Shown here piece by piece: positions 1 to 8,818 of a stretch of 64,000 bases of DNA. The notes under the pieces were generated by a model. It saw only the letters and a list, made by a program, of their open reading frames with translations, searched no databases and was not told where the DNA came from. Source of the DNA: an uncultured virus (IMG/VR IMGVR_UViG_3300034095_001964) (taxonomy: Duplodnaviria; Heunggongvirae; Uroviricota; Caudoviricetes); the IMG/VR virus record IMGVR_UViG_3300034095_001964; one strand, written 5' to 3'. Both the position numbers and the translations under genes were made by a program. Every line of letters begins with the position of its first letter. Positions within the stretch are counted from its first letter, which is position 1.

Positions 1-386
1 TGCCATTGCTAGAAAAGGTTAAGGAAATTACCGATGATGCAACTTGCTTGCAACTCAAGGCTGCCAATATTATTAGTGCTATTCCTGTAAACTTTTGTCG
101 CGGCCTAACATTCAATGATAGTATGGTAATCATTGATGAAGCACAAAACTTGACCAAGAGTGAAATTGTAACAATCCTTACACGCTTCGGCAAGAACAGC
201 CGTTATGTTGTTTGTGGTGACCTTAAGCAAAGTGATATTGGCAAGTTGAGCGGATATAAGGAAATCTACAATAAATTTGATACACCAGAGGCGGCCCAAA
301 ACCATATTCATGTATATAAATTTGGACCTAGTGAAATTGTTCGCAGCAAGATCCTGCGCTTCATTGTTAGCGTTCTTGAAGCGTAA
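1..386 (+). CDS. phoH: PhoH-family ATPase, C-terminal part (truncated by window start)
   Basis: PVNFCRGLTFNDSMVIIDEAQN, VVCGDLKQSD and EIVRSKI motifs typical of PhoH. Confidence 0.9.
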   Translation, partial: PLLEKVKEITDDATCLQLKAANIISAIPVNFCRGLTFNDSMVIIDEAQNLTKSEIVTILTRFGKNSRYVVCGDLKQSDIGKLSGYKEIYNKFDTPEAAQNHIHVYKFGPSEIVRSKILRFIVSVLEA

Positions 387-398
387 TGCATTTTTTCC

Positions 399-426
399 TT
401 TACATTTAAATACTTTTTGTTATAAT
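399..426 (+). promoter_or_regulatory. sigma70-type early promoter
   Basis: TTTACA(399-404)-16 nt-TATAAT(421-426) with extended -10 TG; same context (ATGCATTTTTTCCTTTACA) as the other early promoters. Confidence 0.7.
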
Positions 427-432
427 AATATA

Positions 433-573
433 AGATTCCATTCCGCAACTGCCTTAAATAATACCTTAAACATTCTGGTGTTACCGAAGGTTCCCGCAGG
501 GATGGCAAATGAAACAGAGAAAGAAGCGTTAGACTCTAATCCCATGGCTAAACAATTGGCCATGGGATTTTTT
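433..573 (+). ncRNA. candidate small RNA of about 140 nt
   Basis: Bounded by a promoter and a strong intrinsic terminator, with no complete ORF and small internal hairpins. Confidence 0.35.
538..573 (+). terminator. intrinsic terminator
   Basis: Stem AATCCCATGGCTAA / TTGGCCATGGGATT running into a T tract. Confidence 0.8.
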
Positions 574-634
574 GTGCATTCGCTGAAGAAAATAAGCAAG
601 TTACAGCAAAAATATGTTTGGCCGAAAAAAGTCC

Positions 635-663
635 TTTACAAGAGCATGCGTTTGGAGTATAAT
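635..663 (+). promoter_or_regulatory. sigma70-type early promoter
   Basis: TTTACA(635-640)-17 nt-TATAAT(658-663), preceded by AAAAAAGTCC as in other copies. Confidence 0.8.
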
Positions 664-708
664 TATATTGTAAGCAACGCCACAACAGGCGCATTACACA
701 AATACATT

Positions 709-921
709 ATGACCAAACTTGAAGAACTCCACGTCGACCTTGCAATTCATGAAGCATCTTTGGAAAAGTGCCGCGACGCAGCGCATGCCGCAAAGATGCT
801 TAAGTGTTATAACATTAGAGTGGACTGCTTGATTGGCAGCTACACCAAAATCATTAAAAGCATCAAGAGCGAAATTGCACAGCTGCAAGGCAAAAGGAAA
901 CCTAAAGTTGCACAACAGTAA
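709..921 (+). CDS. hypothetical protein (70 aa, helical/coiled-coil)
   Basis: First ATG after the promoter at 635-663; the upstream part of the 277..921 ORF overlaps promoters and a terminator. Confidence 0.65.
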   Translation: MTKLEELHVDLAIHEASLEKCRDAAHAAKMLKCYNIRVDCLIGSYTKIIKSIKSEIAQLQGKRKPKVAQQ

Positions 922-930
922 AATAACAAA

Positions 931-1149
931 ATGAGTGAAGAGCATATACACACGCCAACCGAAGAGCATGCATTGATTGCTCAAATGCTAAGAGGCCTTA
1001 TTGCGCTGGCGGCTGGAGAGCAACAGGCCGCAGCAATGTTTGACAACCCGCAACGCCCAATTGAAGTGCACCAAACTGTCAAGCGTATGATTGATTATAC
1101 CAAAAATTTTATTCGTGAAAACGCAGAATATGAAACTAGCAACAATTGA
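931..1149 (+). CDS. hypothetical protein
   Basis: ORF packed in the operon. Confidence 0.6.
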   Translation: MSEEHIHTPTEEHALIAQMLRGLIALAAGEQQAAAMFDNPQRPIEVHQTVKRMIDYTKNFIRENAEYETSNN

Positions 1150-2128
1150 ACATATTCAAAGCATAGTGTCACATCCTAATGCTGACAAGCTTGACCTAGC
1201 AACAGTAAGCGGCTATACTTGTGTTGTAGGTCGCAATCAATACTCTGTTGGTGAAGCTGTTGTGCTTATTCAGCCAGATACTGTACTGCCACACGAGCCA
1301 TGGAGTGAGCTGTTCCGTAAGCGTAGCAATCGTGTGCGTGCAACGAAGCTGCGAGGAGAATGGAGCTTTGGCGTTGTGATGCCATTCTCTGCATTCTTTG
1401 ATGGCATGCAACCAGTTCATACACTAGCTCCTGGGTGTGAAGTAAGTCACTTGATTGGAGTCACCAAGTATGAGCCGGCACAGCCTCAACACCTTGATGC
1501 GATGGGTTATCCGCCAACCGGTTTGCCTAAGACTGACGAAGAGCGCTATCAAAATCTTGATGGGTTATTGCCTTATGGTGAACGTGTTGACATCACTCTT
1601 AAGATTGATGGACAAAGCGCAACATATTACTGCAAGATGAATGCTGACACCGGTGAATATGAAACTGGAATCTGCAGCCGTTCATTGCGTCTTAAACCAG
1701 AGTGTCAAAACAACTATACTCGAGCAGAAGCACGTTACAACATCCTGGCTAAGCTTAAAGAATATTGTGTCCACCACAGCATTGGCCTTGCAATCCGAGG
1801 CGAAGTATATGGCGCCGGGATTCAAGCATTTGTCGGCAATCCGCATGCAACTGGTGCTGTCAACTTTGCGCTGTTTAGCGTATGGAATTTTGACACTCAT
1901 GCTTATGAATGCATCGCGGACAGCCACTATTATGCCAACCTGGGTTATGCGCTCAACATACCTTGTGTGCCTTGTATTGAAAAAGATGTGATACTGACTC
2001 CTGATATTGTTAAGTATTATGCACAAGACATTGATCACATTGATGACAAGCCGTTTGAGGGTGTTGTTGTCAAGCACAACAGCGGCTCGTTTAAAGTTTT
2101 AAACCTTAGTTACGATTCTCTGAAATAA
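1130..2128 (+). CDS. ATP-dependent RNA ligase, DRB0094 family (N-terminal OB/tRNA-binding-like domain)
   Basis: MKLATI..HPNADKLDLA N-terminus, PKTDEER, motif I TLKIDGQS, GEVYG, FEGVVVK, FKVLN. Confidence 0.85.
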   Translation: MKLATIEHIQSIVSHPNADKLDLATVSGYTCVVGRNQYSVGEAVVLIQPDTVLPHEPWSELFRKRSNRVRATKLRGEWSFGVVMPFSAFFDGMQPVHTLAPGCEVSHLIGVTKYEPAQPQHLDAMGYPPTGLPKTDEERYQNLDGLLPYGERVDITLKIDGQSATYYCKMNADTGEYETGICSRSLRLKPECQNNYTRAEARYNILAKLKEYCVHHSIGLAIRGEVYGAGIQAFVGNPHATGAVNFALFSVWNFDTHAYECIADSHYYANLGYALNIPCVPCIEKDVILTPDIVKYYAQDIDHIDDKPFEGVVVKHNSGSFKVLNLSYDSLK

Positions 2129-2131
2129 ACT

Positions 2132-2362
2132 GTGAAGTACGTACACCGGCATTTTAAGCGTCTTGAAGAAGTGTTGTATATGTACAACATTACATTCTGC
2201 AAAGATAGCGGGTACATTCAAATCTTAAGTTTGACTCTTCATGCAATTTCCACGGATGGTACGGTAGACCACAATGTGCTGCCAGATAATGTGGAGATAT
2301 CTGCTGACATAAAGCTCGCTGTTCTTAAAATGTTTATTGCTGACGGTTTGATTGCATTTTAA
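2132..2362 (+). CDS. hypothetical protein
   Basis: GTG-start ORF filling the gap before the next promoter. Confidence 0.5.
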   Translation: MKYVHRHFKRLEEVLYMYNITFCKDSGYIQILSLTLHAISTDGTVDHNVLPDNVEISADIKLAVLKMFIADGLIAF

Positions 2363-2375
2363 ACGGGCCATTTGC

Positions 2376-2480
2376 GTAACTCGTTGACCGTCAACGGTAG
2401 GAAAAAAATATGCATTTTGCTGAAAAAAGTCCTGTACATTGTTCGTTTTTTGTTGTATAATAATACTGTAAGGAAACCAC
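2376..2480 (+). promoter_or_regulatory. repeated early promoter cassette, copy 1
   Basis: GTTGACCGTCAAC (2383-2395), ATGCAT box, TGTACA(2433-2438)-17-TATAAT(2456-2461), leader CTGTAAGGAAACCAC. Confidence 0.85.
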
Positions 2481-2489
2481 CACTATATT

Positions 2490-2846
2490 ATGCAAAACAT
2501 TACCGCCTTCAATAAGATTACCGCCGCAGCCTTTCGCTCCGATCTCTCCGCCGTTCTTGCCAAATATGGCATGACTTCAAATCTCGATATGAAAATTGGC
2601 ACCATTCGCTTTAGCGGTGCAGATGCTCGCATGCAAATTACCGCAAAGGTCAAAGGTGCCGTCACCAAAGAGGACCGCTTGTTGGAAGCCCAAATTGCCA
2701 AGCACAACCTGCGTGAAGTTAATGGCGTTGGTGAAAAGCTTATAGGCTACAATGCTCGTGCAAGCCGCTACCCATTTGTTTATACCCTAGGCAGCAAAAG
2801 ATACAAGGCCAGTCTTGGTAACGTCAAGGTCCTCTTTGGTAAATAA
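2490..2846 (+). CDS. hypothetical basic protein
   Basis: First ORF after the early promoter. Confidence 0.7.
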   Translation: MQNITAFNKITAAAFRSDLSAVLAKYGMTSNLDMKIGTIRFSGADARMQITAKVKGAVTKEDRLLEAQIAKHNLREVNGVGEKLIGYNARASRYPFVYTLGSKRYKASLGNVKVLFGK

Positions 2847-2885
2847 TTTACTCTACATTATAATTGCTGCCTCAAGTGCTTTAAC

Positions 2886-4082
2886 TTGATTCCTATTTTG
2901 AAAATTTTAAACAACATCTCAGTATTTGGAGACCCATTGCAAAATGCGGTGGATCAAATGGACAACTGCCTGCGCAAAGGCGCACACCGCGCTGCTCTGA
3001 TGGCTGACCATCACTTGGGCTATGCCGTTCCGGTTGGTGGAGTCGTTGCGTATGAGGGATATATTTCACCAAGCGCAGTCGGCTTCGATATTTCGTGCGG
3101 CAACAAAGCAGTGTTGACCAATGCTACGCTTTCTGACGTGAAAGGTGACATCTCACGCATCATGGATGAAGTGGTGGCAAACGTCTCGTTTGGGATTGGT
3201 CGTGTAAACAAAACCAAAGTTGACCATGCATTGTTTGACTCTGCACAATGGGATGACATTGAAATGTTGCGGCCTCTTAAAGATATGGCTCGCGCGCAGT
3301 TGGGCACCGTAGGCAGTGGCAACCATTATGTTGACATCTTTGCGGACGAAGCAGAGCGCATCTGGATTGGTGTTCACTTTGGCAGCCGCGGTCTTGGTCA
3401 CAAAATTGCTTCGCACTACATCAAAGCTGGTGGAGGAGTGGATGGAATCCTTGTGGATCCGGTGCTGCTTGATGTACACACCGATCTTGGTCGTGAGTAT
3501 ATCTCTGCAATGCAACTGGCAGGCGACTATGCATATGCTGGTCGTGATTGGGTGTGTGCCGAAGTTGCACGAATCCTGCATGCCGACATCATTGATGAAG
3601 TTCACAATCACCACAACTATGCTTGGCGCGAACATCATGATGGTGTTGACCTGTGGGTTGTTCGCAAAGGAGCAACTCCAGCTTGGCCTGGGCAACGAGG
3701 ATTTGTTGGTGGTACCATGGGAGAAAACAGTGTTATTTTGCAAGGATCACAAAGCGACTTGTCGGCTGCTGCACTCTATTCAACCGTTCACGGCGCTGGT
3801 CGTGTTATGAGCCGCACTGAAGCTGCTGGCAAATGCAAATGGCAAGGCGGACAAAAAGTTCGTGTCAGCGAAGGTAAAGTTTCACAGCACATGATGGACA
3901 CATGGCTATCCGATGCAAATGTTGAGCTGCGTGGTGGAGGATGCGATGAAAGCCCGCATGCTTACAAACGCTTAACTGATGTGTTGGCTGCTCAAGGAGA
4001 TACCGTGCAAATCCTGCATCAGTTGACTCCGTTGGGTGTTGCTATGGCCGGTGCTGACATATTTGACCCCTACAAGGATTAA
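2886..4082 (+). CDS. rtcB: RtcB RNA ligase (3'-phosphate/5'-OH)
   Basis: MADHHLGYAVPVGG, VGFDISCG, LGTVGSGNHY, HFGSRGLG, HNHHNYA, RKGAT, HGAGR, DESPHAYK; start codon uncertain. Confidence 0.95.
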   Translation: MIPILKILNNISVFGDPLQNAVDQMDNCLRKGAHRAALMADHHLGYAVPVGGVVAYEGYISPSAVGFDISCGNKAVLTNATLSDVKGDISRIMDEVVANVSFGIGRVNKTKVDHALFDSAQWDDIEMLRPLKDMARAQLGTVGSGNHYVDIFADEAERIWIGVHFGSRGLGHKIASHYIKAGGGVDGILVDPVLLDVHTDLGREYISAMQLAGDYAYAGRDWVCAEVARILHADIIDEVHNHHNYAWREHHDGVDLWVVRKGATPAWPGQRGFVGGTMGENSVILQGSQSDLSAAALYSTVHGAGRVMSRTEAAGKCKWQGGQKVRVSEGKVSQHMMDTWLSDANVELRGGGCDESPHAYKRLTDVLAAQGDTVQILHQLTPLGVAMAGADIFDPYKD

Positions 4083-4130
4083 ACGCGTTGCTCATCTCAA
4101 AGGAGTCTTCTTCTTGCACCGGTTTATGAA

Positions 4131-4272
4131 TTTTTCAGCAAAAAATGCCGTTTTTAATGAGTTGTTGACAGTCAATAAGTTACGTCTTTTTCCTTAAAAT
4201 ATGCATTTTGCTGAAAAAAGTCCTGTACAAATGACTTTTTTTGTTGTATAATAATTCTGTAAGGAAACCACA
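4131..4272 (+). promoter_or_regulatory. repeated early promoter cassette, copy 2
   Basis: GTTGACAGTCAAT (4164-4176), TGTACA(4224-4229)-17-TATAAT(4247-4252); inverted repeat 4131-4148 / 4203-4219. Confidence 0.85.
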
Positions 4273-4274
4273 AT

Positions 4275-4496
4275 ATGTACAAGTTCACAAAAATCAATTA
4301 TTGCAACACCGCACCTTCAATGGGTGGCGGATCTGGTGTGGAAACCACTGTTTCGTTTAGCCGCTCACCTAAGCTGGCTGCCGCAATGCATGGTACTGTT
4401 GTTCGCACCTCACGGGGCGACTGTGAGTGCCCTCAATTAACATACGTCAGCTTTGAGCGTGACGGCAAGATTCTTAGCGAAGGCTGGGTTGACTAA
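4275..4496 (+). CDS. hypothetical protein
   Basis: First ORF after the early promoter. Confidence 0.65.
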   Translation: MYKFTKINYCNTAPSMGGGSGVETTVSFSRSPKLAAAMHGTVVRTSRGDCECPQLTYVSFERDGKILSEGWVD

Positions 4497-4508
4497 CTCT
4501 TTTACATT

Positions 4509-4643
4509 ATGTTTGAACTAACAGTTAAATTTGAAGATGAAGCCGGTCTTGCGGTCATGACATATGATGACTATGGCAATGCAGCAGAAGCTGCGCTGGT
4601 GTATCGTGAAATGGGAGCAATCGTGACGCTAAACCAATTATGA
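4509..4643 (+). CDS. small hypothetical protein (44 aa, MFELTVKFEDEAG...)
   Basis: Read directly from sequence; fills the gap and its stop overlaps the next start (ATGA). Confidence 0.6.
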   Translation: MFELTVKFEDEAGLAVMTYDDYGNAAEAALVYREMGAIVTLNQL

Positions 4644-4975
4644 AACTACTTGAAACAACTACTTTTGGCTATAAGTTTGAAACCAGCAATGGTTGTACCT
4701 TTACACGTGAACGACTTAAACCTACCCTCCTTGCATATGAACTTGATGGGTATGTTCATACTCGTGACCTGTATGAATTGACTGAGCATGACCGCTCCAT
4801 CTTTCCAAAAGCAACACATCGTATTTCGCTCACCAGTCACCGTGAGCAGAGCGACCCAATGTTTGTTAGCGCGCCATGCTGGATTAAGGAAGGCACCAAA
4901 CATCAGCTGCTCTATATGGCTGACGATGACTCGCTTGTTCAAGCAAGAATTAAAAAAGTATATGATTGGAGATGA
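4640..4975 (+). CDS. hypothetical protein
   Basis: Translationally coupled ORF. Confidence 0.65.
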   Translation: MKLLETTTFGYKFETSNGCTFTRERLKPTLLAYELDGYVHTRDLYELTEHDRSIFPKATHRISLTSHREQSDPMFVSAPCWIKEGTKHQLLYMADDDSLVQARIKKVYDWR

Positions 4976-5247
4976 AAACTAGTACACCAGAATTAATTGA
5001 CGCTCTAAGAATCCTTGTAGGAGACATCTTTTGTGAAGATGGAATAGCTAACCTAGTTATTGCGGAAGCAGCGGATCGGCTAGAGGAATTGCAGACACAG
5101 TTGCAAGAAGCACAGGCGTATGCAGACCGGCTGGTAGCGCACAATGATATGCTGTGTCTGCCAAGAGACCTTGAAAATCTCCGCAGCGCAAACTCACATT
5201 TTGCGACGGAAAATCATGTTTTACGCGAACAATTGAGAAACAAATAA
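4972..5247 (+). CDS. hypothetical coiled-coil protein
   Basis: ATGA overlap with the previous gene; EAADRLEEL motif common in small phage proteins. Confidence 0.65.
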   Translation: MKTSTPELIDALRILVGDIFCEDGIANLVIAEAADRLEELQTQLQEAQAYADRLVAHNDMLCLPRDLENLRSANSHFATENHVLREQLRNK

Positions 5248-5248
5248 T

Positions 5249-5542
5249 ATGGACATCCAATACTCTAACGGCCCATGCGGCACCTGCCCCGTTCAAGCGG
5301 AAGGTACCATCAACGGCTACCCTTTCTACTTCCGCTCTCGACACGCTCGTTGGTCACTGCATGTGGCAGCGACAAAAGAAAGTGATCCACTTGATGATGG
5401 CGCTTGGGCTATTGCTGAAGACTATCCCGTGAAAGAGGCAAAAGAAGAAGCTCGTCGCGTATCAGCCGGCTATGCAACCAAGGATGAGTGCATCGCATTC
5501 ATTGAGCGGCATGCTGAAATTTTTACCAAAACACTATTATGA
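5249..5542 (+). CDS. hypothetical protein
   Basis: CPVQAEGTINGYPFYFRSRH motif; packed in the operon. Confidence 0.65.
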   Translation: MDIQYSNGPCGTCPVQAEGTINGYPFYFRSRHARWSLHVAATKESDPLDDGAWAIAEDYPVKEAKEEARRVSAGYATKDECIAFIERHAEIFTKTLL

Positions 5543-6144
5543 GCACACAAACATACACTGGATACAAACACTTCTTTCTTGATGTGGAAACCACCGGAAC
5601 GGATCGGCTGTTACACAACATTTTTCAGGTTAGTGGAATCCTAACCGACGAGAACTACAACATCTTAGAAGAATGCGACCTGCGCTTCCGGCCTTTTAGC
5701 CTTGAGCATGTTGAACAAGGCGCGCTGGACAAGACTGGCATGACACTAGACTCCTTAAACGAGCCAGAGCTGGATAGCGCCGCAGCTTACGTGCAATTTT
5801 CAGAGTTGTTATCGCGCCATTGCAATAAGTTTGACAAGAAAGACAAGATTCATTTTGTAGCTTACAATGCCAGCTTTGATGCAGACTTTATTCGTGCTTG
5901 GTTTGCCAAACATGGCGATAACTATTTCGGCAGCTGGTTTTGGCATCCGCAGATTTGCGTAATGCAGGCTGCAGCATGGATGACGCAGCGTGTGCGTGGT
6001 GCATTGCCTAATTTTCAGCTTGGCACACTCTGTCAATGCGCCGAATTGGGATGGGATGAAACACAAGCGCATGATGCGCGTTATGACATTCTTAAGACTC
6101 TGGAGCTGTTTCACTATATTAAGGCAAATGTTCCAACTCTGTAA
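5539..6144 (+). CDS. DEDDh 3'-5' exonuclease (DnaQ-like)
   Basis: DVETTG, YNASFD, HDARYD motifs. Confidence 0.9.
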   Translation: MSTQTYTGYKHFFLDVETTGTDRLLHNIFQVSGILTDENYNILEECDLRFRPFSLEHVEQGALDKTGMTLDSLNEPELDSAAAYVQFSELLSRHCNKFDKKDKIHFVAYNASFDADFIRAWFAKHGDNYFGSWFWHPQICVMQAAAWMTQRVRGALPNFQLGTLCQCAELGWDETQAHDARYDILKTLELFHYIKANVPTL

Positions 6145-6257
6145 CCGGTTGACCGTCAACAAAACCTTAAAAATATGCATATTTTTCCCAGAATATGCAT
6201 ATTTTCCTTTACAAGTCAGGTTTTTTGTTGTATAATAATTCTGTAAGGCAAACCACC
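6141..6257 (+). promoter_or_regulatory. repeated early promoter cassette, copy 3
   Basis: GTTGACCGTCAAC (6148-6160), two AATATGCATATT palindromes, TTTACA(6208-6213)-17-TATAAT(6231-6236). Confidence 0.85.
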
Positions 6258-6264
6258 ACAAAGC

Positions 6265-6471
6265 ATGACTACTCCAACCGTAATTAAGACCACCTCCTCC
6301 GATATTGACAGCCAAAACCGCCAGTTTATCTGGACGCAATATTCCGACGGCAGCGTGCTTAGCCGCGAAATTACTCGCTGCACCGGCGATGCCGCTCGCC
6401 GCACCAAAGAAACTTGGAGACAAGTTCATGAAGCCGGCAGTGAATTGGCGCTAATGATTTGCGCTTGGTAA
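6265..6471 (+). CDS. hypothetical protein
   Basis: First ORF after the early promoter. Confidence 0.6.
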   Translation: MTTPTVIKTTSSDIDSQNRQFIWTQYSDGSVLSREITRCTGDAARRTKETWRQVHEAGSELALMICAW

Positions 6472-6514
6472 TTGCTGGTGTGCCTAAAATTAAACTTTAC
6501 CTATAAATTATATT

Positions 6515-6772
6515 ATGAAAGACCAAAACTACATTGTACTTGACAAAACTGGAGCTGAAGTAACTGTCTCTGCGCGCACTGCTGCTGAAGCATTGGGCAT
6601 CTTCCTTAAGCGCGGCCGCTTTGGCCTTGGCGCCGGCTGGATTCTTACGCGCCAGCCGGATGGTTGGATCGTGGCAAGCAACAAGACCGGGCGTACACTT
6701 GAGCGTGCATATCACAAGCTCCGCGAAGCGGACTATAGCCGCTCACATAAGCGCTATTCCAACGTCGGCTAA
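6515..6772 (+). CDS. hypothetical protein
   Basis: ORF with AT-rich leader. Confidence 0.6.
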   Translation: MKDQNYIVLDKTGAEVTVSARTAAEALGIFLKRGRFGLGAGWILTRQPDGWIVASNKTGRTLERAYHKLREADYSRSHKRYSNVG

Positions 6773-6802
6773 TTCATCTCCAAACATACACTATACTACA
6801 TC

Positions 6803-7006
6803 ATGAAACTAAAATTCAATTCCCAGACATCTTTTAATACCGCGCTCAACTCGCTTAGCGGCAACAACTTTAAGTTTGACAACTGCCGTGACGAGCTTGC
6901 TCTAAAGTTCTTTACTACCGAATGCGTGGACAATGCCATTCTTGACCTTACCTCAAAGGGTTTGCTTGCCGGTGCTGACTTTAATTTTGATCGTTACTCT
7001 GCTTAA
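6803..7006 (+). CDS. hypothetical protein
   Basis: ORF with AC-rich leader. Confidence 0.6.
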   Translation: MKLKFNSQTSFNTALNSLSGNNFKFDNCRDELALKFFTTECVDNAILDLTSKGLLAGADFNFDRYSA

Positions 7007-7046
7007 TAAAATGGCCGGCTGCCTCATTTGATTCTATTACTAAATT

Positions 7047-8162
7047 ATGAAATTACCTACATTATACAGTCGCACCGCAACTGGTGCAATACAAGTATGG
7101 ACAATTGAAATTCAAATGAATGCTTATCGCACATTGCACGGGCAACATGGCGGTAAGATTGTTACTACGGAATGGTATACCACCGCCTCCACCAATGTCG
7201 GGCGCGCAAACCAACGCGATCCAGACGAGCAGGCGCTCTTTGAAGCGCAAGCATGCTGGAAGAAAAAGCGTGACAGTGGAATGTTTGAGGATATTCTTGA
7301 GGTTGACACCGTTACATTCATCGAGCCGATGCTGGCAAAAAAGTGGGAAGACCGCAGGAACAAAGTGTCTTTTCCAGTGTATTGTCAACCCAAGCTGGAT
7401 GGCATGCGCGCAATCATTACACGCCATGGCGCAACCAGCCGCAACGGCAAGCCGTGGGTAACCATTCCGCACATTCTGCAAGCATTGGCGCCGGTGTTTG
7501 AGTCATACCCAGACTTGATTCTTGATGGTGAATTGTATTGCCATGGGCTGCATGATGACTTTAACAAGATTAGTTCGCTTATCAAAAAGACCAAACCATC
7601 CGCCACAGACCTGCTGGAAAGTGCTGCAATTATTGAATATCATTGGTATGACATTGCGGACACCACATTAAAATTCTTTGAGCGCAACCAAAAGATTGGC
7701 AGCATATGCGCGCAATATAATTTTACCTCAGAAACTTCAGTTGTTCCAGTTGCAACATATGTTGCGCGTGATGAGGCGCATCTGGATGAGCTGTATGGTA
7801 TTCTTCTTGATGATGGTTATGAAGGTCAAATGGTTCGCACAAACGAGCCGTATGAATATAAGCGCAGCAACACGCTGCTTAAGCGCAAAGAATTCCAAGA
7901 CGACGAGTATTGTATTGTAAGCATTGAAGAAGGCAATGGCAACAAAACCGGAATGGCTGGTTATGCCGTTCTTGAGCGTGAAGATGGTGTACGTTTCCGT
8001 AGCAATATCAAAGGCAACCATACCTTTCTAAAAGCGCTGCTGCCAGAGGCTGCATCTTACATTGGGCGGTATGCAACGTGTAAGTACTTTAATCTTACAC
8101 CAGATGGCATTCCCAGATTCCCATATGTGATTGGGTTTAGGACTGGCCGTGGCATAGACTAA
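7047..8162 (+). CDS. ATP-dependent DNA ligase
   Basis: EPMLA, QPKLDGMR, LDGELY, GYEGQMVR, LLKRKEF, GIPRFP motifs. Confidence 0.92.
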   Translation: MKLPTLYSRTATGAIQVWTIEIQMNAYRTLHGQHGGKIVTTEWYTTASTNVGRANQRDPDEQALFEAQACWKKKRDSGMFEDILEVDTVTFIEPMLAKKWEDRRNKVSFPVYCQPKLDGMRAIITRHGATSRNGKPWVTIPHILQALAPVFESYPDLILDGELYCHGLHDDFNKISSLIKKTKPSATDLLESAAIIEYHWYDIADTTLKFFERNQKIGSICAQYNFTSETSVVPVATYVARDEAHLDELYGILLDDGYEGQMVRTNEPYEYKRSNTLLKRKEFQDDEYCIVSIEEGNGNKTGMAGYAVLEREDGVRFRSNIKGNHTFLKALLPEAASYIGRYATCKYFNLTPDGIPRFPYVIGFRTGRGID

Positions 8163-8227
8163 AAGAAAGACTTAAGCTCTGTATTTGCCGCAAAATGGGA
8201 GTTTTTCTGGTTTTGTGCCATTTCTAT

Positions 8228-8332
8228 GTAACCGGTTGACTGTCAACGGTAGGAAAATAAATGCAAAAACATGCATTTTTTCCTTTACATGTAGGATTTT
8301 TTGTTGTATAATAATACTGTAAGGAAACCACA
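8228..8332 (+). promoter_or_regulatory. repeated early promoter cassette, copy 4
   Basis: GTTGACTGTCAAC (8235-8247), TTTACA(8284-8289)-17-TATAAT(8307-8312), CTGTAAGGAAACCAC. Confidence 0.85.
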
Positions 8333-8339
8333 AAAAATT

Positions 8340-8552
8340 ATGATTCACGAATACTCAATCTTTATCCTCGAAGGCCACACTGATTACGAAGGAGGTCAGG
8401 TATTGGGTGCATACCGCACCAAGGCAGACGCCGATGCTGCTCTTGATGCCTACAAGGCAAAGGCTGCAGCCAGGAAATACGGCAATTTTGATGACTATAG
8501 CGTCGCTGAATTCATTCTTGATGCCGCTGCCGATGCATATCCAACAATTTAA
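8340..8552 (+). CDS. hypothetical protein (paralogue of the next gene)
   Basis: SIFILEGH..E...LGAY motif; ATG at 8340 downstream of the promoter. Confidence 0.7.
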   Translation: MIHEYSIFILEGHTDYEGGQVLGAYRTKADADAALDAYKAKAAARKYGNFDDYSVAEFILDAAADAYPTI

Positions 8553-8562
8553 ATACTACATT

Positions 8563-8790
8563 ATGACTACAAACCAATCTTCAATCTTTATCCTGTTTGG
8601 CCACTTTGACAATGAAGATGCCACCCTTTTAGGCGCTTATACATCACGTGATGGTGCCGAGCTTGCGCTTGCTGATTATAAGAACGAGCTTGAGGCTGGT
8701 CGCTGCCTCGTGACAGGCGTGCACGGCAGCGACTATAATGCCTATTATATTCAAAGGCTGGTTATTGATGTACCAGTAGGCAACATTTAA
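8563..8790 (+). CDS. hypothetical protein (paralogue of the previous gene)
   Basis: SIFILFGH..E...LGAY motif. Confidence 0.7.
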   Translation: MTTNQSSIFILFGHFDNEDATLLGAYTSRDGAELALADYKNELEAGRCLVTGVHGSDYNAYYIQRLVIDVPVGNI

Positions 8791-8818
8791 AAACGCATTC
8801 TGCAAGACAACTCCACAT

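Noticed and set aside
277..708. N-terminal two thirds of the 214-aa ORF 277..921
   Set aside because: Overlaps phoH, two promoters and a terminator; the likely start is ATG 709
2376..8332. Repeats as a CRISPR array or IS ends
   Set aside because: They are kilobases apart with genes between them, contain -35/-10 boxes, and no cas or transposase gene is visible
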